Assembly: GCA_965242965.1 (NCBI GenBank)
Contig: OZ251518.1
Span: 2,752,001-2,816,000, forward strand
Reading direction: 5' to 3'
Source: Candidatus Poribacteria bacterium
Lineage (GTDB): Bacteria; Poribacteria; WGA-4E; WGA-3G
DNA: 64,000 nt
Shown in pieces: positions 42,393 through 53,049 of the stretch (positions are counted from its first letter, which is position 1; each line of letters starts with the position of its first letter). The position numbers were made by a program, and so were the translations under genes. The notes beneath the pieces were generated by a model, which ran no database searches, was not told the DNA's origin, and saw nothing but the letters and a program-made list of their open reading frames with translations.

Positions 42393-43135
42393 CTCGTTTT
42401 TAGCCGTCCCCACGTTGTCGTGACTTTGCCGGCAGGTTTGACAGGCAGCTGGATGCCGTTTTTCATATCGCTTTGAATCTCGTCGGCAGAAAGCGCGATG
42501 CCCAGAATCTGAAGTTCATCAATAAAGCCATCAATACCGTTCCCGATGCGAAGCGGCGCGTCGTTGGTTTCAGGGTTCTTCGTAAAATCGCCTGAGCCCT
42601 CTTCCTTGCCATTAATATAGAGTTTCAACGCAGTTTTATCATAAGTTAGTGCAACGTGATGCCACTTTTCGTCAACGACATCGGTCGCGCTCTCCAATTC
42701 AACAGCATCCGTATTTCCGCCGCTGGCAAAAATACCGTAAACCTTGCCTCCCCACATTTTGACGGTGTAGTTGCGGGTAGCCCTGTCATTGCCGACTTGT
42801 TTGTAGGCGATGTTCTGTTCGCCGCCGCCCGTATCGCTGAGGAACTTAACCCACGCAGCGACGGTGAAGGTTTCTAGGTTCAATTTATCGGTATGTGCGA
42901 CCTCCAGATAGGTGCCGGGCTTGAAACCGACTGCCTTTCCGATTTTGCCTTCATCCCATTCCAGTTTCCCACCGACGACTGTCGCGGTATGTCCATGTCC
43001 GGAACTATCCGCCGCTTCATCGCCTTGTCCCTCATCAAAGAACCAAATGCCGACGGCATCGGGGTGCTGCGCGTGCCCCAACGCGCATATCGCGAAGAGG
43101 GACAACATCATTATTAAACATAAATTAGACTTCAC
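42380..43135 (-). CDS. Secreted LamG-like jellyroll protein with PVKPAGKVTTTWGRLK C-terminal motif
   Basis: WFFDEGQG, GKIGKA, FTVAAWV, WHHVALTYD..LYING, FIDELQI. Confidence 0.88.
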   Translation of the reverse strand: MKSNLCLIMMLSLFAICALGHAQHPDAVGIWFFDEGQGDEAADSSGHGHTATVVGGKLEWDEGKIGKAVGFKPGTYLEVAHTDKLNLETFTVAAWVKFLSDTGGGEQNIAYKQVGNDRATRNYTVKMWGGKVYGIFASGGNTDAVELESATDVVDEKWHHVALTYDKTALKLYINGKEEGSGDFTKNPETNDAPLRIGNGIDGFIDELQILGIALSADEIQSDMKNGIQLPVKPAGKVTTTWGRLKTRWMP

Positions 43136-43424
43136 AAAAACCTCCTATAGCCATTCACGAATCCTGAAACTTCAGAAAACAATTAGGGCATTTTTCCCGC
43201 GTGTGATGACACGAGAACCGCTTTGGAAACGTTGGACGGGGGCCTGTCCCTGCGAGGTAGGAGAGACCTCCCGGTCGCGATGCGTTTGTTGGTGTTTTTA
43301 TCGGGACAAGGATGTCCCGCCTACCGGAGGAGGCGAGACATCCCGCGTCTCGATTCCCCACTTCGTCAGGCACGCGAGGGACAGGCCCTCGCGCTACGGG
43401 CCAGGCGGACCGGTGCGGGCCGGT

Positions 43425-44261
43425 TTAGGAATACCCGCCGAAACCCAACAGCATCCGTTCCTCCAGGTCTGCCTCTTTGAGGAAGGCATGCGTTAAACCA
43501 TCTGCCGGCTGTTCGCCACCGTGCGGCGATTTACGCAGCCACGTCGGCGTATAACTCAAAATTAACATTCGACGCTTGGCTTTCAACGTCGGCATCCCAC
43601 GATGCCACAGGTTACCGTGAATCAAAACCGCGCCGCCTGCCTTGACTGAGACCTCCACCTCACCTTCGATCGGTTCGTAGGTATCGGGCACGACTCTATC
43701 AAGCCAATTGTGCGAACCGGGGACGACTGCCACCGTACCGGTGTCTGCGTTCAGTTCATCGAGGTAGATAAGGCAGTCAATGCAGTGCGGCTGCGAGAAC
43801 CACGGGGGCAGCGGATTAGAAATCACCCGCAGGTGTTGATGCCACGGAGTCTGCTGCTGCCTATCCTCGCCGGGGTAAGTGATACGTGCGCTCAGCCCGC
43901 GTAAGCGCACCAGCGGTCCCATCATCGCCCGCGCAATGGACAACGTCGGCTGGAATTTCAACAATTCTAGAAACGCCGGATCTTTGTCCATTAAGTGGCG
44001 CGGAATGAACCCCCATCCCCGTTTGCTAGAGATGGCGTTATCCCGTTTCTCCCATTCGCGCGTCTCCAAACGTTCCAGCGCGTCGCGCAATTTTTGGAGT
44101 GCCTCGCCTTGGAAGAGCCTCTCGCGAATCAGATACCCCTTCTCGGCGAACGCCTGCAACTCTTCTGCCGTGGCATGCACCTCTATGTCCCAGTGCCGCC
44201 CCGTTTCGCCGCTCGGATTGTGAGAGTTCAGGACTTCATAATGAATTGTATGTGGATGCAT
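43425..44261 (-). CDS. PhyH-family Fe/2OG dioxygenase (HxH variant)
   Basis: FAEKGYLI, PWHQH, IYLD..VVPGSH, HGNLWHRG..RR. Start at 44261 or 44279. Confidence 0.85.
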   Translation of the reverse strand: MHPHTIHYEVLNSHNPSGETGRHWDIEVHATAEELQAFAEKGYLIRERLFQGEALQKLRDALERLETREWEKRDNAISSKRGWGFIPRHLMDKDPAFLELLKFQPTLSIARAMMGPLVRLRGLSARITYPGEDRQQQTPWHQHLRVISNPLPPWFSQPHCIDCLIYLDELNADTGTVAVVPGSHNWLDRVVPDTYEPIEGEVEVSVKAGGAVLIHGNLWHRGMPTLKAKRRMLILSYTPTWLRKSPHGGEQPADGLTHAFLKEADLEERMLLGFGGYS

Positions 44262-44877
44262 CTTTTTCTCTATAGACATTAAGATCGCGAACGACCTTTA
44301 CGTATTGTCCTATAGCGTCTGTAGGTCAAGATCGCCCGATTTTGACCCGTTCGGGAGCGGGCGCTCCCTAACTACAGAGTTAGGAAACACCGTCCGGTTA
44401 CCGTAGCGCGGGGGACAGGCCCCGCGAGTTTTCGGTAGACCGAGGCATGGCGAGGGACAGGCCCTCGCCATACGATGAAAGGGGCCGTTCTACTGTGAAG
44501 AAACCGTCCGGTTACAGTTATGAAACACCGTCCCGATACCGTAGCGCGGGGGCCTGTCCCCCGCGAGTTTTCGGTAGACCGAGGCATGGCGAGGGACAGG
44601 CCCTCGCCATACGATGAAAGGGGCCGTTCTACTGTGAAGAAACCGTCCGGTTACCGTAGCGCGGGGGCCTGTCCCCCGCGAGCGTCCCGTAGGAGAGACC
44701 TCCCGGTCTCGATTCCCCGCGAACGTCCGATGACGCGCCGTAGGAGAGGCAGACCGCCTCACCTCTGTAGGTCAAGATCGCCCGATCTTGACTTGTTTGC
44801 GATCAGGCGATCGCAAACTCCAGAAGCGGATAACCACGGTCTTGGGATTTCTAACTCCGCCTATCCTCCGTTCAGCA

Positions 44878-45663
44878 TCACGGCAAATAGTCACCCGGTA
44901 TCCGCGACATCGGATAATTTGCATCGGCATCCCGATTCGCGACCGGCTCAGGAATCTCATCATTCCAATAGTCCGGGACGGTATTCGGGCGGCTGTGCCA
45001 TGCGAGGATCAAGGTTCGGCGCACATCGGTATAGTTTTTGTAAGCGGAGTGCAAGATCCGCGCGTCCGCCAGCACGAGAGAACCCGCCTTCACACAGACA
45101 TCGACCTGATCTGGATGATCACTGAACATCACGGGGTGGTTTTCTTCAATAAACCGTGCCCCCTGTTCATGCGCCGGCACCAAGATGTCGTGTAGCGCGA
45201 TGCGCTTGCGATGCGTGCCAGGAATTACCTTAAGACAGCCGTTCTCCGGTGTCGTATCGGTAAGATAGTAGTTCAAAAAGATGGTCTGCGGCCAGGGGGC
45301 GCAACTGAGCGGGTCATTCCAACGCATCCAGTCTTGGTGCCAGTAGAGTGCCGGTGCGCCCGGGTCTTTCGTCAAGATGATAATCCCGCCTGCGGTTGTG
45401 AAATCCCCGAACCCGATTTGTTCCAGTGCATTGCGCGCTGGTTGCCATTCCAGCAATTTCTGGATGTGCGGATTATCCTCGCCGCGGACATTCACGTGCT
45501 GTCCCTGATAAATTACATCATCGGGTTGCACGTGTCCTGCGATGAGGCGTTCGGATTCGTCGCGGAGTTCCTGCAAGAATTCCTCGCTTAAAATATCGTC
45601 AATAACGCAATAGCCGTCGTGAAGCATTTGCTCCCGTTTCGCTAAGGCGATTTCAGGTGTCAT
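44878..45663 (-). CDS. PhyH-family Fe/2OG dioxygenase
   Basis: WHQD, NGCLKVIPGTH, DARILHSA..RR. Confidence 0.9.
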   Translation of the reverse strand: MTPEIALAKREQMLHDGYCVIDDILSEEFLQELRDESERLIAGHVQPDDVIYQGQHVNVRGEDNPHIQKLLEWQPARNALEQIGFGDFTTAGGIIILTKDPGAPALYWHQDWMRWNDPLSCAPWPQTIFLNYYLTDTTPENGCLKVIPGTHRKRIALHDILVPAHEQGARFIEENHPVMFSDHPDQVDVCVKAGSLVLADARILHSAYKNYTDVRRTLILAWHSRPNTVPDYWNDEIPEPVANRDADANYPMSRIPGDYLP

Positions 45664-46340
45664 TCGGCTTGCTCCTTTTCTATAACCTTTCAGGTCCTCG
45701 TGCAGTAGGACAGACCTCCCGGTCTCGATGCATGCGGTATCAAGACCTAAATATCCCTCCTACCGATAAATTTGTTTTATTTTATCATGATTAGCATAAG
45801 AAAGCAAGCGTTTTTTTAATTGTCTGGAGCAGGATTAGGAGCAGGATTTACAAGATTTACAAGATTAGGGGTCCGGGTCTCCAACCGATTTTTGTGCAAT
45901 GGGAAACGTCCCTCCCAACGTAGGGCGAGGGCCTGTCCCTCGCCATGCTGCGAGCGTCACAAAAAACGTCCGCGGCCCCTGGGCATCGGACGTTTTTCGT
46001 ATACGGAAGTAGGAAACCGTCCCCGTTAACCGTAGGGCAAGGGCCTGTCCCTCGCCATGCTGCGAGCGTCACAAAAAACGTCCGCGACCTCTGGGCCTCG
46101 GGCGTTTTTCGTGCAGGTCGGACGATCGCGGGGGACAGGCCCCCGCGCTACGGTGAAGGAAGGTTTTCGGCACGACACAGAATACCGCACCCTCGCGGGG
46201 GACAGGCCCCCGCGCTACGGTAACAGGCGGGTTTTCGGCGCAACACAGAGGCAGACACGCGCACTACAGAAAAAAATCACATCCACAAGATTATTCCTAA
46301 TCCTGAAAATCTTGAACATCTTGAAAATCCTGCTCCTGGC

Positions 46341-46370
46341 TTGACATTTATTCCCCTTCCATGCTATACT
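46341..46370 (+). promoter_or_regulatory. sigma70 promoter (extended -10)
   Basis: TTGACA-18-TATACT with TG-n before the -10, followed by AGGAGG RBS. Confidence 0.65.
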
Positions 46371-46392
46371 TTCCAAAAGGAGGTATTGCATC

Positions 46393-47226
46393 ATGGAAAC
46401 CACTGGAAAAACCGTTAACATCCCGATATTGGAAATTTCAGCGCAGGAGCGCGACGAAGAAAAACTGACGCAGGAAAGCCTCGCAGCGGCGGCGCGGCTC
46501 TTACGCGAAACAGGGTTGGTTGTCATTGAAAACGTTCTGCCTCACGACTGGATTGCTGAACTGAACGTCGCGATGCAAACCGTGCTTGACAACGAAGGCA
46601 AATCACAGAACGGCGAGCACCCGATGCTCAAAATGCCGTTCATGGACGCGCGCATTATCGACAACCCGTTCGCCATGCCGATTCTGAAAGCGGCGATGGG
46701 TGAGAAAATTTTCGCCTATCTGCCATACGGATGCAACACTACCATCCCCGGCTGCGGCACGCAACACATCCATCGCGATTCAGGACAACTCTTCCCCGAA
46801 CTGCCGTTCGCGCTGCCCGTTTCGACGATTGTCGTGAACATCCCGCTTGTCGATTTTACGGTGGAAAACGGCGCGACCGAGGTATGGCCCGGCACGCATC
46901 TCATCGTTGATGATACGGCAGTGCGCAACACCCCCTATCATGTCTGCACTGAGGAACGCGCGGCGACACTTCCCTCGTTTCAACTAGAGATGCCGGCTGG
47001 CTCGGTTGTGGTGCGAGATATGCGCTGCTGGCACCGCGCCATGCCGAATCGGACGCAGACTATCCGACACATGCTCGCGCTCGTCTATTTTCGCAGGTTT
47101 CACCACCTCCCTGATGCACCGAACATCTTCCACCCCCAGGTCTCGGCAGAGATGTGGGAAAACCTGTCCAAAGAAACGCAGGAGATGTATCGGTTTCAAG
47201 CGCGCGTTACGCACGGAGAAAAATGA
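46393..47226 (+). CDS. PhyH-family Fe/2OG dioxygenase
   Basis: QHIHRD, NGATEVWPGTH, RDMRCWHRAMPN..IR. Confidence 0.9.
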   Translation: METTGKTVNIPILEISAQERDEEKLTQESLAAAARLLRETGLVVIENVLPHDWIAELNVAMQTVLDNEGKSQNGEHPMLKMPFMDARIIDNPFAMPILKAAMGEKIFAYLPYGCNTTIPGCGTQHIHRDSGQLFPELPFALPVSTIVVNIPLVDFTVENGATEVWPGTHLIVDDTAVRNTPYHVCTEERAATLPSFQLEMPAGSVVVRDMRCWHRAMPNRTQTIRHMLALVYFRRFHHLPDAPNIFHPQVSAEMWENLSKETQEMYRFQARVTHGEK

Positions 47227-48113
47227 TGAAACGCACTCTGCTCATTCACCCCGATACGCCGGGACTCCAACGGGAGCACGGCTTCTCGAATATTAACGGT
47301 CCTTCACTCGTTCGCGTGCCAGATTGGGTGGAGAACCCGTTGGGTAAATACTATCTCTACTTCGCGCACCATCGTGGTGCATACATCCGCTTGGCTTATG
47401 CCGATGCAATTGAGGGCCCCTATACCGTATACAACCCCGGCGCGTTGCATCGGGACAATACCGTATTCCAAGGGCGGGACCACGTCGCGTCACCGGATGT
47501 TCACATTGACGAAGAAAATCGCCGATTCTTCATGTATTTCCACGGAACTTATGGCGGCGGACAGGCAAGCAGCTGGGCAACTTCTACCGATGGCGTGCAT
47601 TACAGTGCAGCGGAGGCACTGGAGAAAGGAAACGGTGCCTATTTTCGCGTCTTTTGGTGGCACGGGCATCCGTATGCGACGCACCACGGCTGGCTGAGCC
47701 GGGCAAAAACATCGGAATGGACAGCGGCGTTTGAGCAGCGAGATACACCGCTCTTCCCGCGCAAATCGGCGGAAGACAACACCGGTTTCCCGCGCCACAC
47801 GGCGAATCATCTGGTAGGCGATACGCTCACCGTCTATTATTCGCTCTACGGCGATAGTCCCGAACGCATCCGAAAAAGCACCGTGCAACTGACAGACGAT
47901 TGGAATAACTGGCATCCATCGCCGCCGATTGAGGTGCTAGCACCGAAGCATGATTTTGAGGGAGTCGATTTGCCGATTCAGCCATCAACAGGTGGGTTGG
48001 ACCGGGAGCGCGTGCATGAACTTCGCGACCCGGCCATTTATTGTGAAGGCGATGAAACGTGGCTGCTCTACTCGGTGGCAGGCGAACAAGGCATAGCGAT
48101 AACGCAATTGTAG
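47223..48113 (+). CDS. Five-bladed beta-propeller glycosidase-like protein (GH43/GH117/GH130-like)
   Basis: NINGPSL, YYLYFAHH.G.YIRLAYAD, HVASPDV, ELRDPAIY. Confidence 0.65.
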   Translation: MMKRTLLIHPDTPGLQREHGFSNINGPSLVRVPDWVENPLGKYYLYFAHHRGAYIRLAYADAIEGPYTVYNPGALHRDNTVFQGRDHVASPDVHIDEENRRFFMYFHGTYGGGQASSWATSTDGVHYSAAEALEKGNGAYFRVFWWHGHPYATHHGWLSRAKTSEWTAAFEQRDTPLFPRKSAEDNTGFPRHTANHLVGDTLTVYYSLYGDSPERIRKSTVQLTDDWNNWHPSPPIEVLAPKHDFEGVDLPIQPSTGGLDRERVHELRDPAIYCEGDETWLLYSVAGEQGIAITQL

Positions 48114-48130
48114 GCGCGCCCGGATGCCTT

Positions 48131-48316
48131 TCACGAACGTTTCTCGATGAGTCTACCGATGAAAAAGACTAAGATGCCTAGCGTTAAGAAGCCCATCTCA
48201 ACGCCCATCGCTTTCGCCTCGCTGTAACCGAAAGGATTGGCACAGCCGAGATAGAGCCCCGCGCCTAAACACGCGATGCCCATCAGTTCTAGAGTTTTGC
48301 CGATGTAGTAATACAC
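48131..48316 (-). CDS. Small two-TM membrane protein
   Basis: GTG start with GGAGG RBS; two hydrophobic helices. Confidence 0.65.
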   Translation of the reverse strand: MYYYIGKTLELMGIACLGAGLYLGCANPFGYSEAKAMGVEMGFLTLGILVFFIGRLIEKRS

Positions 48317-48625
48317 GCGTCCTCCGCGTAAGAAAATTATTAGTCCGAGGGACAGGCACTCGGCTTGCCCCGGCGATCGCGGGGGACAGGCCCCCGCGCT
48401 ACGGTGAAAAAAAACGCCGCCTCACCGTAGGGCGAGGGCCTGTCCCTCGCCATGCACCGGTCTATCAAACGATCGCGGGGGACAGGCCCCCGCGCTACGG
48501 TATCGGGACATTTTCTTCACAGAACGCCCCCGCCTCACCGTAGGGCGAGGGCCTGTCCCTCGCCATGCTGCGGGCCACCGAAAACTCGCGGGGGACAGGC
48601 CCCCGCGCTACGGGCCAAGGGCGTT

Positions 48626-49339
48626 TTAATAAAGACTCTTGATGCGGCCCCACTGAATCAGTTTTTGTTGTGTATTCGGTTGAATCTCCGCCGTGAAAAC
48701 CAGGTCTGGGAGCATGCTGTTATCCGACGTGTAACCTTCGGGTGCCCACGCGATTTTGTTTTGCAAGCGGCCGCCATCAACGTCGTTATAGGCGATACCA
48801 AAGCCGAGCGTATTGCCCTTCTCGGCGAGCGCGTCAAGCCGGAAACTCAACTCGCACGTCTTCCCATCGTTTCCCCACGCGACGCGCGTCAGGGGCGATT
48901 TCAGGGCGTTCGTCTCCCGTCCAATCGGGATTTCATAACGGTAGAGTTCGTCCTTGTATCCCGAATGATGCGGGTCCAAGTAGAGCACGAGATGGTCTTC
49001 ACGAAGAAGCTTGGCTTCATGCGTCTCAAGGCTGTCGTCCGCTATTTCAATGGCGATGTAGAGGAATCCGCTCCGCCAAACCGCGGCGAACGTGCCGGTG
49101 AAATCATCGGATTCGGGCCACGGGTCGCCGGTTATCGCCTCTTGTGTCAGTTTACCTGGGTCCGCGTCCTCCCAAACCGGGTCATCGAGGTAACCGTCCA
49201 CGATGGGCGCGACGGGGACGAGTTCAGCGTTGTATTGGAAATTGTGAAGTTTTGCACCGGTGATATGCCCTAACGCATAAGGCATCGTTATCATCAGAAA
49301 TAGTGCTACCAGAATTGGCTGTTTTTTCGTGTGCATCAT
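48626..49339 (-). CDS. Secreted CBM9-like (DOMON-like) sugar-binding protein with WGRIK C-terminal motif
   Basis: APIVDGYLDDPVW, LYIAIEIADD, GFGIAYNDVD; tail KLIQWGRIKSLY. Confidence 0.75.
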   Translation of the reverse strand: MMHTKKQPILVALFLMITMPYALGHITGAKLHNFQYNAELVPVAPIVDGYLDDPVWEDADPGKLTQEAITGDPWPESDDFTGTFAAVWRSGFLYIAIEIADDSLETHEAKLLREDHLVLYLDPHHSGYKDELYRYEIPIGRETNALKSPLTRVAWGNDGKTCELSFRLDALAEKGNTLGFGIAYNDVDGGRLQNKIAWAPEGYTSDNSMLPDLVFTAEIQPNTQQKLIQWGRIKSLY

Positions 49340-49471
49340 TTCCTCCTTGCCCAAGATTTCGCTTTTTCTATATTATACCCTAAAAGCGGTTCGTTTTTCA
49401 AGATAAAAATGCAATTATGGGGAGCCGACGTGCAAAATTGCAGCGGAATTCAAAGATTTTTTGAATTTCGG

Positions 49472-49500
49472 TTGCAATTTGTCAAAAAATCTGTTATACT
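49472..49500 (+). promoter_or_regulatory. sigma70 promoter of the ftsH operon
   Basis: TTGCAA-17-TATACT with extended TG. Confidence 0.55.
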
Positions 49501-49559
49501 TTTAAGCAGGTTTTACGAATCGCAATTTTGCGTGAGTTCAGATTTTAACAGAGAGGCAT

Positions 49560-51578
49560 TTGGTTGTGAATAAAACGAAAAAGAATATGGTGTTTTGGTG
49601 GGTGGTTCTGGCAGGCGTTGCTAGCCTCGCCATTTTCCAGCTCATCAACAGCAAAGAACAGGTTTACACGCTGGAAACCTCTACTTTTCACGAATATATT
49701 GAGGAGAGTCCCACCTACTTCCTAGGGGGGCTGCTTCTGGATGAGGAATGGGTTGAAGGCACGTTTCACCCGGAATACATCGTTCAAATCAGGGGCGATC
49801 TCGAGGCACGCGAGAGGGAGCAGCAAAAAATCGCCGAAGCGGGCACACCCGCAAAGGATCGGAAATCCGAGCCCGACGAGGAACCGAAAGACGATTCCGA
49901 CGAAAAACAGCAGGAACCCAACCTAACCGGCATCACTGACGACTGGAAGGGTGACTTCAAAGTCAGCCGCGACAAAAACGAGGACTATAGTCTCCAAGAG
50001 AAACTTGATGAAAATCAGATTCCGTATGACGTGAAGTCCGGCTCTAATTTCACTCAGTGGTTGTTCGTCTTCGGGACAACCGTGGTGCCGCTGCTCATTT
50101 TCTTAGGGCTGATGATCTTCTTGTCCCGGCAAATGCAAGGCAGTGGGAACCGCGCGCTCTCTTTCGGGAAAAGCCGCGCCCGGCTTCATTCAGACACACA
50201 GGAAAAGGTGACGTTTGAAGATGTCGCCGGGGTTGATGAGGCGAAAGAGGCCCTTGAGGAAGTTATCCAATTCCTCAAGGCACCCAAGAAGTTTGAGAGA
50301 CTGGGCGGCAGAATCCCGAAAGGCGTGCTGCTCATGGGACCGCCCGGCACCGGGAAAACCGTCCTGGCCAAAGCCGTCGCGGGCGAAGCAGATGTCCCGT
50401 TCTACAGCATCAGCGGCTCTGATTTCGTCGAAATGTTCGTCGGTGTCGGCGCATCTCGCGTGCGCGACCTTTTTGAAACCGGCAGGAAAAACGCGCCTTG
50501 CATCATTTTCATTGACGAATTAGATGCCGTCGGACGGCACAGAGGCGCGGGCATCGGCGGCGGACACGACGAACGCGAGCAGACCTTAAATCAACTCCTC
50601 GTGGAGATGCAGGGGTTTGACGCATCCGAAGGTGTCATACTCATCGCCGCAACGAACCGCCCGGATGTCCTTGACCCGGCACTGCTACGCCCAGGCCGAT
50701 TTGACCGGCAAATTGTCGTAGATCTGCCGGATGTCCGCGGTAGGGAGGCTATCCTCAAGATAAAAACACGCGAACCTTACAAAGTCTCCGATGATGTCAA
50801 TCTTGAAATTTTGGCGAAGGCCACACCGGGCTTCTCCGGGGCAGACCTCGAGAACGTCACCAATGAAGCCGCACTGCTCGCCGCTCGACACGACAAAGAA
50901 CAGATTGACATGGCATGCTTTGACGAAGCGAAGGACCGGGTGCTGATGGGGCCCGAACGCCGAAGCCTTGTCATTAGCGAGGAAGAAAGACGCATCACCG
51001 CTTATCACGAAGCGGGACACGCACTCATGTTGCACTTCGTCCCAGAAAGCGATCCGAACTACAAGTGCACTATTGTCCCACGCGGGCGCGCACTCGGCGT
51101 TACGGCGAAGTTACCGCTCGAAGAACGGCATAACATGAGCAAGAAGGGGCTCCTCGCGCACATTATCTTCGCGCTCGGCGGCCGCGTCGCTGAGGAGATA
51201 ATTTTCGGCGAGCAGACGACTGGCGCGCAAAACGATTTCGAGCAGGCAACGCGCCTCGCACGCCGGATGGTTACGCAGTGGGGAATGAGTCACCTCGGCC
51301 CGCTTACGTTCGGTAGAAGAGACGAGCAAGTCTTCCTCGGAAAAGAACTCGCAGTCCATCAGGATTACAGCGAGGAAACCGCCATCAAGATCGACCAGGC
51401 GGTATACGACATCGTGATGGAATGCTATAAAAAGGCGCGCTCCATCTTGGAAACCAATCTGGACGGGTTAAAGCTGCTCGCCGACGCGCTGTTAGAGCGT
51501 GAAACACTCGTCACCGAGGAAATCGACGAAATCCTGGGACCGCGGCCGCAGCTCCCTGACAAACCGATAGATGTATGA
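49560..51578 (+). CDS. ftsH: ATP-dependent zinc metalloprotease FtsH
   Basis: Two TM helices, [39 protein letters not shown]. Confidence 0.97.
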   Translation: MVVNKTKKNMVFWWVVLAGVASLAIFQLINSKEQVYTLETSTFHEYIEESPTYFLGGLLLDEEWVEGTFHPEYIVQIRGDLEAREREQQKIAEAGTPAKDRKSEPDEEPKDDSDEKQQEPNLTGITDDWKGDFKVSRDKNEDYSLQEKLDENQIPYDVKSGSNFTQWLFVFGTTVVPLLIFLGLMIFLSRQMQGSGNRALSFGKSRARLHSDTQEKVTFEDVAGVDEAKEALEEVIQFLKAPKKFERLGGRIPKGVLLMGPPGTGKTVLAKAVAGEADVPFYSISGSDFVEMFVGVGASRVRDLFETGRKNAPCIIFIDELDAVGRHRGAGIGGGHDEREQTLNQLLVEMQGFDASEGVILIAATNRPDVLDPALLRPGRFDRQIVVDLPDVRGREAILKIKTREPYKVSDDVNLEILAKATPGFSGADLENVTNEAALLAARHDKEQIDMACFDEAKDRVLMGPERRSLVISEEERRITAYHEAGHALMLHFVPESDPNYKCTIVPRGRALGVTAKLPLEERHNMSKKGLLAHIIFALGGRVAEEIIFGEQTTGAQNDFEQATRLARRMVTQWGMSHLGPLTFGRRDEQVFLGKELAVHQDYSEETAIKIDQAVYDIVMECYKKARSILETNLDGLKLLADALLERETLVTEEIDEILGPRPQLPDKPIDV

Positions 51579-52399
51579 ATTGCCGCGGAAAAACGCTCAC
51601 TTTTGGAGAATACACTCACGTGATGGGCATTCTGAACGTCACGCCGGATTCTTTCTCCGACGGTGGGCATTACCTTGACGCTGCCCGGGCCGTCGCGCAT
51701 GCCAAAGCGATGGTAGAGGAAGGCGCAACGCTCATCGATATCGGCGGCGAGTCCTCGCGCCCGGGGGCGATGCCGGTGCCTGCAGAGGAAGAGTTGGAAC
51801 GGGTTGTGCCGGTTATCCGCGCGCTTGCCGATGCCGTTGAGGTGCCACTCTCAGTTGATACCTACAAAGCGTGTGTCGCGCGGCACGCGCTTGAAGCAGG
51901 CGCGCACCTGGTTAATGACATCACGGCATTGCACGGTGACGCGGAGATGGCCTCTGTCATCGCCGAGATGGGTGCCGGTGTAGTCTTGATGCACATCCAG
52001 GGGACACCGCGCACCATGCAACTGGCACCGCATTACGAAGATGTCGTCGGCGATATTCGGCAATGGCTGCAGAAACGGGTTCAATTGGCAGAAGCGAGTG
52101 GCATTGCACCAGAATGCATCATTGTTGACCCGGGCATCGGATTTGGGAAGACCGCGGCGCATAATCTGGAAATCTTGAAACGGCTTGACGCATTCCGCGC
52201 CCTCGGCAAACCGATGCTCATCGGCACCTCACGGAAAGCCTTCATTGGGAATGTGTTGGCTCTTCCCGTAGAAGAGCGTGTTGAAGGCACCGTTGCGACG
52301 GTGTGCTGGGCCATCGCGCACGGCGCGGATATCGTGCGCGTTCACGATGTCAAAGCCACCGCACGCGCCGCGCGCATGACAGATGCACTCTATCGGTAA
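51575..52399 (+). CDS. folP: Dihydropteroate synthase
   Basis: [42 protein letters not shown]. Confidence 0.97.
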   Translation: MNCRGKTLTFGEYTHVMGILNVTPDSFSDGGHYLDAARAVAHAKAMVEEGATLIDIGGESSRPGAMPVPAEEELERVVPVIRALADAVEVPLSVDTYKACVARHALEAGAHLVNDITALHGDAEMASVIAEMGAGVVLMHIQGTPRTMQLAPHYEDVVGDIRQWLQKRVQLAEASGIAPECIIVDPGIGFGKTAAHNLEILKRLDAFRALGKPMLIGTSRKAFIGNVLALPVEERVEGTVATVCWAIAHGADIVRVHDVKATARAARMTDALYR

Positions 52400-52446
52400 T
52401 TTATGGAAAAAGATTTTGACGAAACGAGTGAAGATGAAGAAAGCCG

Positions 52447-52839
52447 ATGCATCACCAAACAATTCACGGGACAGGGATTGACATCGTCGAGGTAGCGCGC
52501 ATCCGAGATGCCGCCCACCGATGGGGCGACACGTTTGAAAGACGAGTCTTCACCGAACATGAACTCGCGTATTGTGGGAAACCACCCTCGCGATATTGGA
52601 GACTCGCCGCCCGATTCGCCGCCAAAGAGGCGACGCTGAAAGCACTCGGCACAGGCTTAACCACCGGTATGCGCTGGCGAGATGTAGAGATTCAGGCAGA
52701 TACCGCCGGAAAACCGGAACTCGTCCTGCACGGCGAAGTTCAGCGGTATGCAGACGAACTCGGCATCGGCACCACGTTCGTCACGATGTCTCACACGCGG
52801 AAGTATGCAGTCGCACACGTGACATTTTGTTACGCATAA
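52447..52839 (+). CDS. acpS: Holo-[acyl-carrier-protein] synthase
   Basis: GTGIDIVE, ARFAAKEATLKALGTG, GKP, SH. Confidence 0.95.
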   Translation: MHHQTIHGTGIDIVEVARIRDAAHRWGDTFERRVFTEHELAYCGKPPSRYWRLAARFAAKEATLKALGTGLTTGMRWRDVEIQADTAGKPELVLHGEVQRYADELGIGTTFVTMSHTRKYAVAHVTFCYA

Positions 52840-52856
52840 GCACTATTCCTTTAACT

Positions 52857-52985
52857 GAGGGTGTTTCATAACTCAAGAAACCGTCCGGTTACCGTAGCGC
52901 GGGGGCCCTACGTGAAGGGGCGGCGTTTTTTCACCGCAGCACGGGGCATGTCACCGCAACGTTGAGCGAGTTATGAAACACCCTC
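52857..52985. mobile_element. MITE-like element (copy E, shortest at 129 bp)
   Basis: Perfect TIRs GAGGGTGTTTCATA / TATGAAACACCCTC flanked by direct repeat CTTTAACT (52849-52856 and 52986-52993). Confidence 0.82.
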
Positions 52986-53049
52986 CTTTAACTAACCCGT
53001 GCAGTAGGAGAGCCTGCCTGGTCTCGATGCAAAAAAAGAGGAAAACACA

